DNA from: Thermoplasmatota archaeon
Lineage (GTDB): Archaea > Thermoplasmatota > Thermoplasmata > UBA10834
NCBI GenBank assembly: GCA_018814355.1
Contig: JAHIZT010000033.1
Location: 943 to 64,942 of the forward strand
Direction: 5' to 3'
DNA length: 64,000 nucleotides
Of this stretch, positions 10,756 to 18,069 are shown piece after piece; position 1 is the stretch's first letter, and each line of letters begins with the position of its first letter. The position numbers and the translations under genes were made by a program. A model generated the notes under the pieces. It made no database searches. It had not been told where the DNA came from and saw nothing but the letters and a program-made list of their open reading frames with translations.

Positions 10756-11607
10756 ATGCCCAAGAAGAAGGATGTTGTCAAGGAAGAGCCGGTAGAGCCG
10801 GAGGTCGCCTGCCCAGTCTGCGGTAAGCCCGTTAGCATGGATGTGAACTCCTGTCCTCACTGTGGTGCAGAGTTCGAGGAGGAGGTCGAAGAGGTCGAGG
10901 CAGCTCCTGCCGAGGCGGCCGCAGTGGAAGATGAGGAGACCGCAGAGTGCCCGGTCTGTGGCAAGTCTGTGAGCCTCAACGTGTCCTCGTGCCCGTATTG
11001 CGGTGCGGAATTCGAGGAGGACGAGGTCGAAGAGGTCATCGAGGTCGAGGAGAGAGAGGTCCCCGTCAAGGCTACCCCGATGGCATCTCAGAGGCCAAAG
11101 AGGGCCCCCGAGAAGATCCCAATTGCGGAAGAGGAATACGTCGAGGACGAGGCAGCGGTCGGGGAGACCCACGCAGGAGAGCCAGTCCCCGCAAGCATAA
11201 CGGACTTCAGGGTCATCGGGGTCGCGCTCGTAATCCTGGGCATAATCGGATCTCAGATCGCGTTCATGATAGATTGGTACTGGTCGTGGGTCCCGCCAAT
11301 CAAGTCGCACCTGGGAACGTTCGTGGCAATACCCGCAATCATCATCGTCGTCGGTCTCCTTGTATTCATGCTGATCAAGAAGATGAGCACGGAGGGCAAG
11401 AGCTTCCCCAAGATGATGCCGGGAATGTCCCTTTCCTTGTTCATGTTCGGCATCATGGCCCTCATACTCGTGATGCTCTGGAGCCCGATCAACAACGCGC
11501 TCCAGGACTCCACGGTCGGGGTCGGAGGCGCCTTCGTTGCCATACTGGTCGTCGGTGTGCTCGTGATGTTCATGGGTCAGAAGATGGCTGCGAAGAACGC
11601 CGCCTGA
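10756..11607 (+). CDS. Double zinc-ribbon, highly acidic N-terminus plus about 4 TM membrane protein
   Basis: Two CPVCG-x8-CPxCGAEFEE units, Glu-rich linkers and hydrophobic C-terminal helices. ATG 10756 chosen as start. Confidence 0.8.
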   Translation: MPKKKDVVKEEPVEPEVACPVCGKPVSMDVNSCPHCGAEFEEEVEEVEAAPAEAAAVEDEETAECPVCGKSVSLNVSSCPYCGAEFEEDEVEEVIEVEEREVPVKATPMASQRPKRAPEKIPIAEEEYVEDEAAVGETHAGEPVPASITDFRVIGVALVILGIIGSQIAFMIDWYWSWVPPIKSHLGTFVAIPAIIIVVGLLVFMLIKKMSTEGKSFPKMMPGMSLSLFMFGIMALILVMLWSPINNALQDSTVGVGGAFVAILVVGVLVMFMGQKMAAKNAA

Positions 11608-11620
11608 TGTCGCCCGCAAA

Positions 11621-11769
11621 CCGTTCCATGAAACTTACCCACCTATCCCATGAGGGATGGCGGCGTTCACTTCCTGCTTCATCGATCCGGCTCGCGGCGC
11701 TCTCGCGGGCGCCGTGGAGGTCAGGTCTCCACAGGCGTTTAGAGTCTCCGTGGAACTCACGGCGACTAG
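11621..11769 (-). ncRNA. Putative stand-alone TnpB omega-RNA (reRNA) scaffold
   Basis: Ungapped 149-nt match to 26611-26759 with 17 mismatches by hand count (about 89%); stems and a GNRA loop are conserved. Confidence 0.72.
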
Positions 11770-11906
11770 GATTAGCGATGTGGCCTCCAGAGCGGAAACG
11801 CCAATAGGCCGTCTTGTAGTCTATCCACGTCTCCCGGGCCCAATGCGCCAATCCCACAGCCACTCACGACCCTTCATGGTATTGAAATCGTCTACTGCAT
11901 GTAGCC
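11621..11906 (-). mobile_element. 286-bp non-autonomous IS607-derived miniature element (left end, tnpA stub and right end; tnpB deleted)
   Basis: The reverse complement begins GGCTACATGCAGTAGACGATTTCAATACCATG (compare GGTTACATGCAGTTGACGGTTTCAATACCATG at 25395) and ends GGGTAAGTTTCATGGAACGG (compare 26740-26759). Confidence 0.88.
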
Positions 11907-12182
11907 TTTGTGAAACCCATTCCTCCATTCTATCTCGTTGTGCATTCGATACTTTCTTTGACATTTTCAATTACTGTCGTGATTGGCTCCAAGTCTTACG
12001 GACTTGGAGACTAATGCTCTCGTTTTCTGGCCAGCGCGCGCGCGAGGTCCGGACCAAATAATTATATACTATTATCCCGATATATTGAAAGCGAAAGCCG
12101 AAGGGATGGGGCAGCTCAAGCAGTGCGTTCCACGCACAGCGCAATCCACCTCTTCTGCAAAGCAAAAAAGGAGTGAAGCAGG

Positions 12183-12716
12183 ATGGAAAGGAAGATCATC
12201 GCGATAATGGCCACGCTTGTGGTCGTAGCAGTGCTAGTCGTTGCGTTCGTGATGGTGGCCGCAGGCGGCGGGATAAACCGCTCGGGCGGATTCACCGCGC
12301 TATTCGACAAGCTTGAGTACAATGGCAACGAGACATATGAGCAGGACCTACAGGCGCCGGAGAGCTGGCATGTGAACGACAAGAAGGTCGTCAGCGACAC
12401 TATCGTGGACATGACCTACAGGAAGCAGACTATTGGCCAGACCAACGTGTACACAACTACACTTTGGTTCGTGTACCTCGGGACGAAGTGGTCCAACCCA
12501 TACCAAGGGCACGGCGACACCTTCAATGTCCCTGACAAAAGCCAAGACGGGTGGCTTCAAGTCAATCACGGCATGTTCTCGATAGAGGTGTCCTCTGCAA
12601 CCAACCTATCGGTGCATTACTCAATAGGCGACGTGATAACTCTGGAGAACGCGCTCGAGCGGAACAGGAACAACCAGATAGGGTTCGGTGATTGGTCAGT
12701 CAAGAACGTCATTTAG
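12183..12716 (+). CDS. N-terminally anchored or secreted hypothetical protein
   Basis: MERK followed by a 22-residue hydrophobic stretch; GGAGTGA RBS; beta-rich soluble domain. Confidence 0.75.
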   Translation: MERKIIAIMATLVVVAVLVVAFVMVAAGGGINRSGGFTALFDKLEYNGNETYEQDLQAPESWHVNDKKVVSDTIVDMTYRKQTIGQTNVYTTTLWFVYLGTKWSNPYQGHGDTFNVPDKSQDGWLQVNHGMFSIEVSSATNLSVHYSIGDVITLENALERNRNNQIGFGDWSVKNVI

Positions 12717-12864
12717 AGTGAGACGGCCTCGGCCCTTAATCAGAAACATCCAAACTCTTTCAATCCAAGTTTTTCAGTTTCCAATGCTCCCATTTCGATG
12801 TGCTGGCTAACCCAGGAGGACTATTCGAGCCCGCATTCGGACTATAAGTACCTTGCTCTCACTC

Positions 12865-12880
12865 TCATTTCGCGAAATGA
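12865..12880. promoter_or_regulatory. Perfect 16-bp palindrome TCATTTCGCGAAATGA, candidate operator
   Basis: Self-complementary; lies just upstream of TATA-like tracts at about 12898-12942. Confidence 0.45.
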
Positions 12881-13033
12881 CAACGCAGGGAAAAGGGTAT
12901 TATAAGCCAGGGCTAAATGTTTAACTTATATAATCCTGAGAGCATTCGCGGTTAGGGCTACCGGGCTTTTGTGGGCGGTCGTTGAGTCCAATGCCGTTGT
13001 GGCGCGAGGGGGGAAAACCTCCCTGAAAGAGCG

Positions 13034-15724
13034 GTGCCGAAGCGATGCTCTACCAGAGGAAGGATCGTGCCCAGAAGTAGCCATGACCAGCGAGACAGAG
13101 AGGACTCTGTACTCAGACCCAGAGGCTTCACTAGAGGCCTTCGCTTCTGGTCACATGATTCTCGGAGCGGCAAGGTCAATGGACTTGGAGGGCAGCAGAT
13201 CTGCTCTGAAAAGGGCGCCACAAACGGTCGCACAAATGGCCGCACCAACGGCCGTACGAATGGGCGTACCAACGGACGTACAAACGGCCGGACAAACGGG
13301 CGCACCAATGGCCGTACAAATGGCCGGACGAACGGCCGTACGAATGGACGTACCAATGGACGTACAAACGGCCGGACGAACGGCCGCACGAATGGACGTA
13401 CCAATGGACGTACAAACGGGAGGACGAACGGACGAACCAATGGGCGCACCAACGGTCGGACCAACGGAAGGACAAATGGCATGCTCTACGGTGCCATCAA
13501 CGGCATCACTCGGGGCCTCACCAACGGCGACTCGAACGGCTCAACTGGCATCACAAACGGGTTCGTGAACGGTTCGGGAGCCGTCAACGGTTTCCGCCTG
13601 TCCTATGAGCAGAGACGGGTCGGGGCCGTCAGGGTGGATTTCCGAAAGCGGCTTCTGATCATCGCGGTCCTGGTGACAATCATAGTTGCGATTCCTTATG
13701 CCTTGGTTTACGCATTCCCTAAGCAGACAGTCGAGATCGACGGCTACTTCATGGACTGGGTGAAGGCCCAGATCTTCAGAGACACTCCAGATTCCACCAA
13801 TCCGGACATATCTCTCACTGGCTACGGTGCGAAGTCGGACGTCCGCGGGAGTTACTTCTACATAAGGACTGAGGGTACGATCTTCAACGGCAGAGACAAC
13901 GGAGTCGATGCGTTCTACATATTCATCGACAGGGACAACAAGCCATCGAGTGGGTACTCCGTCCGAGGGCTCGGAGCCGACATTCTCGTGATGGTAATGG
14001 GTTGGAACAGGACCATGACGATGGCCGATACATACGTGTTCGACCCGGACGCGAGCAGGCTGGACTTCTCAGGGTTCCAGATCGTATCCGGGGCCCAGGC
14101 TGCCAGCTCGAGAGGCGAGCTGGAAATCGCCAGCTCGATGCAGATAAGCGAGAAGTCAAGAATGGCCATCTGTGCCTCGCATACCAACCTGACGTCGGAC
14201 TGGTCCGACGTGAACTTCCGCACGAGGGGCTCCGCTCTTCAGGTGACGGAGCTCCACAACGCCCCAGCCGTGCTCGCCACCTCTTCTGATCAGCACATCC
14301 TCACCTTGAAGATGTCGAGCAAGGGACCGGTCTCCTACATCGATGAGCTTCGCTTCGACATGCTGGGGAACGTCACCCCTCTGGAGATCGTCGCGAGCGA
14401 AGGACCCCAGATACTCGGCACAAGCCAGAGCGGAGTCTTGCCGTTCCAGCCATCGCTCAGGGTCGAGGGACAGGAGCGCAGCATTGACATAACCGCCATT
14501 CTGCCCGCAGGGCATCTGAGTGGCTCGTTCGGTCTTCAGCTCAACAGGACAATCGGGCTTGGTGTTGACAGCAACGTCACCTGGGTCCTCGACTCCGTTC
14601 AGGATGGGGCGAAGGTTGCATATGTTGGCGTTGCCCCAGCCAGGATTGTCATCGACGGCGCGTTCGGCGACTGGGCGCTTCGAGCATCTATACAGGACCT
14701 GATCGGGGACGCGTATTCAGAGAAGATGAAAGACAATCGGTCTGGTGACGTGGATATAACAACGGTGAAGCTCGCGTCCACGGATGATGTGGCATCCTTC
14801 TACATGGCCGTAAATGGAACAATGCTGGGAGGCTCCAGCGTTCCCTCCAGCCTCGTAAGATGGGTGCACCCTGGGGCGCCCGCAGAGAACGTCACGAACA
14901 TATCGGAGTCGATGTATGGCGCTGACTTTGCATTCGTGTTCATCGACACCGACGGGAACCAGGATACGGGTTATGACATCGGCGGATCCGAGATCTCACT
15001 GGCGGTCGTCGGCAAGGGCAACAGCATCCTCTCGAGCAGGGTCTTCACGTATGTCTCCGGCGGTTGGAACGACTCTGGCCCCATCGATGCTGCCATAGAC
15101 GAGTTCCAGTTGGAGATCAGCGGCCAGTACTCTTCGCTAGGCCTGATCTCCGGTAGGACTTACACTGTGACCTTCGTCGCTCAGGACTGGAGCGGTCGGA
15201 AAGACGACATCGGCGTCGCGCTCCCTGCCAGGACTTCGGCAGGGACAAGGGCGTATCCGGGCATAGTGATCAATGAGGTGTATAACAAGCCCCCGCCGAA
15301 CACCCCCAACGATTGGATCGAGCTGTACAACACGGGCACCACGCCGGTCGACATAGGGGGGTGGCGGCTGTATGTCGACGGCGTGCTCGTGTTCACTTTC
15401 CCCTCTGTCACGATCCAGCCAGGGGCGTTCTACCTCTCCCCGGGCATCGATTTCGGCAAGGCGATCAACTTCATACTGACCGACGCTTCGAGTTCCACCG
15501 TGGACCAGGTCTCCATCCCTTTCTGGCAGGAGAAATCCCACGGCAGGATTGGCAGTCCACCGTATTCGACCTGGGCTGATATGACTCCCACTCCTGGCGC
15601 GATCAACCAGGGTCAGACGCCTATACCCGAGTTCAGCAGCGTCCTGATTCCGGCGGCGATAGTACCAATTATCCTTATGGTCATTCGCCGTTCAGGAAGA
15701 GCGAAGGGAGCGACAGAGGAGTAG
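13034..15724 (+). CDS. Large cell-surface protein: TNGR repeat tract, TM helix, two IDGxFxDW beta domains, lamin-tail-like domain, PEF-CTERM tail (N-terminus uncertain)
   Basis: RKRLLIIAVLVTIIVAIPYALV TM; IDGYFMDW and IDGAFGDW; IVINEV..DWIELYN..VDIGGWRL; PIPEFSSVLIPAAIVPIILMVIRRSGR. Confidence 0.82.
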   Translation: MPKRCSTRGRIVPRSSHDQRDREDSVLRPRGFTRGLRFWSHDSRSGKVNGLGGQQICSEKGATNGRTNGRTNGRTNGRTNGRTNGRTNGRTNGRTNGRTNGRTNGRTNGRTNGRTNGRTNGRTNGRTNGRTNGRTNGRTNGRTNGRTNGMLYGAINGITRGLTNGDSNGSTGITNGFVNGSGAVNGFRLSYEQRRVGAVRVDFRKRLLIIAVLVTIIVAIPYALVYAFPKQTVEIDGYFMDWVKAQIFRDTPDSTNPDISLTGYGAKSDVRGSYFYIRTEGTIFNGRDNGVDAFYIFIDRDNKPSSGYSVRGLGADILVMVMGWNRTMTMADTYVFDPDASRLDFSGFQIVSGAQAASSRGELEIASSMQISEKSRMAICASHTNLTSDWSDVNFRTRGSALQVTELHNAPAVLATSSDQHILTLKMSSKGPVSYIDELRFDMLGNVTPLEIVASEGPQILGTSQSGVLPFQPSLRVEGQERSIDITAILPAGHLSGSFGLQLNRTIGLGVDSNVTWVLDSVQDGAKVAYVGVAPARIVIDGAFGDWALRASIQDLIGDAYSEKMKDNRSGDVDITTVKLASTDDVASFYMAVNGTMLGGSSVPSSLVRWVHPGAPAENVTNISESMYGADFAFVFIDTDGNQDTGYDIGGSEISLAVVGKGNSILSSRVFTYVSGGWNDSGPIDAAIDEFQLEISGQYSSLGLISGRTYTVTFVAQDWSGRKDDIGVALPARTSAGTRAYPGIVINEVYNKPPPNTPNDWIELYNTGTTPVDIGGWRLYVDGVLVFTFPSVTIQPGAFYLSPGIDFGKAINFILTDASSSTVDQVSIPFWQEKSHGRIGSPPYSTWADMTPTPGAINQGQTPIPEFSSVLIPAAIVPIILMVIRRSGRAKGATEE
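13220..13480 (+). repeat. Coding 12-bp tandem repeat encoding (TNGR)21-TNG
   Basis: 87 codons; amino acids invariant while synonymous positions vary. Confidence 0.95.
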
Positions 15725-15737
15725 AGAGGGAAGCTGC

Positions 15738-17984
15738 ATGCCTGGTGAAGACAATTCGAAATCAGACTCCTCGCGTGGGAACGGATACTCTATCGCCACC
15801 ATGCTCAGGACGTTCTCAGAACCTTCGGAGGCAGACAGCCCCTTCGTGCCGAAAGTGGGCGGGCAGAGGTTTTTCATCCTTCTATTGTACGCCTCTGTGC
15901 TCGTGGTGGTGTCGATCGAGTTCTTCGCTAGCCAGAGGATATGGTATGGGAGCTGGGATGTCTACAACAGCTACGTGTTCACCGTTACTGGTGTGTTCGT
16001 GTTCCTCGGAATGGTCATGCTCATATCCTCCAAGCGGAATGCGGTTGACGCGTACACTCTCCCCATACCGAGAGTCGTTCTTGTATCCCTCGGGTTGGTG
16101 ATGTTCTCCCTGAGCGGTCTCGCGCTCATCTACTGGAACAAGTCCCTCGAGGGCTGGGCGGTCCCGCTCAGCATCGCCCTGATATACGGGTTCCTGGTGA
16201 TGTTGATCGGCGGAAGGGGCTTCGATACCAAGGACACGCTCAGGCTAACGACTTACGCGACTGGCCTCATCATCATGATCCTCGTGCCGGTCCATGAGGC
16301 TTTCGGAGTGGCGAAGAGTCCATCGGGCGAGTACCCATTCACCCTCCTCAACCTCATACTCCTGACCGCGGGGATGTCCCTGGCCCTCATATCCGTCCAG
16401 TCGTTCCAGACAAGGGACGGTTTCGTCGGGGCATGGCTCCTAGGCGCCATGGCCATATTCCTGATCGCCTTCCACGAGCAGATAGGCATCGTGGAGTCTG
16501 GCAATTACTCACCTTACGATCGCGCGCTCGCGCTAATCGGCGTGACATTCTCGTTTCTTCCTCTGGTGATGTACGCCTGGCGCGAGCGCGTGTACTTCTT
16601 TCTATGGAAGAAGCTGAAAACCGCGAACACGCTCATCGAATCTGGTGATTACAGGGAGGCTCTGAAGCAGACCAACGATGCGATCAGACAATGTTCCAGA
16701 GTCGGCATAGAGGACAGGTTCGCCCTCCCGTGGAGCCTCAAGGCCGACGCGTTGTACCGCATGAAGGCGTATGAGAAGGCCAGGGTCCATTACGACACCG
16801 CGCTCACGATCGACCCAAAGGACAGCACTTCATGGTGCCACATGGGCAACATGTATGCCTTCGAGGGCAAGCAGGAGGCAGCCCTGAAAGCGTTCGACCA
16901 GGCGTTGAAGGTGGAGCCGGCGAACGGCTATGCATGGAACAACAAGGGCACGGTCTACCAATCCATCGGCATGTTCGAGGACGCGCTCATCTGCTTCGAC
17001 AAGGCTGCGGGTTACATGCCCGATAGCTTCGATGCACATATCAACATGGCAAGGCTGTTCTCGAAGCTGGGGCACAGCAACGACGCCCTCTACAATTACC
17101 GCGAGGCGCTCGATGTCAGGCCCAATAGTGACGCGGCCCGTGACGGCATCAAGCGGGAGTTCTTCAGGAGCATGTGCCTGGACCAGATAAACGGCTGGGA
17201 GCAGCTCGGGATGGACACATCGTACCTCAGGAAGATGCTGGACGAGGACCCTGCACACTTCGTCAGCCGTTCCAAGGAGTTCTTGAAGAACATCGTGGAG
17301 CAGAGGACTCAGCTTGCCGTCCTCCCGTCCTCAGAGCACGTCGATGTCAACACGGCCATCCAGACTATCCTGAGGGTGACCGAAGAGCCCGGAGCTAATC
17401 TGGATAGGATAGAGGAGGCGACGAGCCTAAAGAGGCACGACTTGGTCCTGCCGCTCGCTCTCCTGATGGAGACGGATCACGTTCATTTCAAAACCGTGGG
17501 TAGGCAGCAGGTGTACGTGTCGAAAGGCAAAGCCCCGGAGAAGCCACCGGAGCCTGTGGCGAAGAAGTCTGCGTCGCCGCACGAGCATGAGAAGAAATCT
17601 GCCCATGCCAAACCTGTCAAAGCCCCGATTAAATGCCCGGGATGCGGCCAAGTATTGACAGGCGATGAGATCAAATGCCCCAGCTGCGACCTGCCGTTCG
17701 AGACCGCCAGTTTCGATTGCCCCATATGCCGCGAGGAAGTGCCGTTCTCAGCGAGCACCTGCCCGAAATGCGGCGCAGTTTTCAGGGGAGAGGTCGAGGG
17801 TGCGGTTGCCGGTTCAGTCGCCGAACCTCCTTCTGGAAAGGCGCCCAAGGACAAGAAGAAGCGCAGGGGGTGGCCCAGGAGAAAGAAGGCGAAAGCGCCC
17901 CCTGCGAAGAAGGAGCATAGGAGGCGTGAGGTCGTCACCATCGAGCCAACCGCGTCCGTACTCATCTTCAAGCGCAGGAAGTGA
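15738..17984 (+). CDS. Multi-pass membrane protein with TPR repeats and C-terminal double zinc ribbons
   Basis: About 8-9 hydrophobic helices; TPR-type segments (W..KADALY, W..MGN, WNNKG); CPGCG/CPSC/CPIC/CPKCG; Lys-rich tail. Confidence 0.82.
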   Translation: MPGEDNSKSDSSRGNGYSIATMLRTFSEPSEADSPFVPKVGGQRFFILLLYASVLVVVSIEFFASQRIWYGSWDVYNSYVFTVTGVFVFLGMVMLISSKRNAVDAYTLPIPRVVLVSLGLVMFSLSGLALIYWNKSLEGWAVPLSIALIYGFLVMLIGGRGFDTKDTLRLTTYATGLIIMILVPVHEAFGVAKSPSGEYPFTLLNLILLTAGMSLALISVQSFQTRDGFVGAWLLGAMAIFLIAFHEQIGIVESGNYSPYDRALALIGVTFSFLPLVMYAWRERVYFFLWKKLKTANTLIESGDYREALKQTNDAIRQCSRVGIEDRFALPWSLKADALYRMKAYEKARVHYDTALTIDPKDSTSWCHMGNMYAFEGKQEAALKAFDQALKVEPANGYAWNNKGTVYQSIGMFEDALICFDKAAGYMPDSFDAHINMARLFSKLGHSNDALYNYREALDVRPNSDAARDGIKREFFRSMCLDQINGWEQLGMDTSYLRKMLDEDPAHFVSRSKEFLKNIVEQRTQLAVLPSSEHVDVNTAIQTILRVTEEPGANLDRIEEATSLKRHDLVLPLALLMETDHVHFKTVGRQQVYVSKGKAPEKPPEPVAKKSASPHEHEKKSAHAKPVKAPIKCPGCGQVLTGDEIKCPSCDLPFETASFDCPICREEVPFSASTCPKCGAVFRGEVEGAVAGSVAEPPSGKAPKDKKKRRGWPRRKKAKAPPAKKEHRRREVVTIEPTASVLIFKRRK

Positions 17985-18069
17985 CGCCAGTACTCGTCGC
18001 TGGCATCAGTCTCCCTCTCAAAAGGTATCTATAGCGACTCTCCCATCCGTGGCTGGGGGAAGGGGCCAG

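Noticed and set aside
11570-11863. 97-aa minus-strand ORF as a real protein
   Set aside because: It is a tnpA stub running into the omega-RNA scaffold and then antisense into the neighbouring gene.
13220-13480. 12-bp tandem repeat as a CRISPR array or non-coding VNTR
   Set aside because: There are no spacers, and variation is confined to synonymous positions of a coding frame.
12958-13482. Antisense (RPFV)n ORF and other frames over the repeat
   Set aside because: These are shadows of the TNGR frame; their residues vary where the TNGR frame is invariant.
17665-18069. 135-residue N-terminal extension of the large permease
   Set aside because: It overlaps the zinc-ribbon tail of the upstream gene in another frame; ATG 18070 gives the typical FtsX start.
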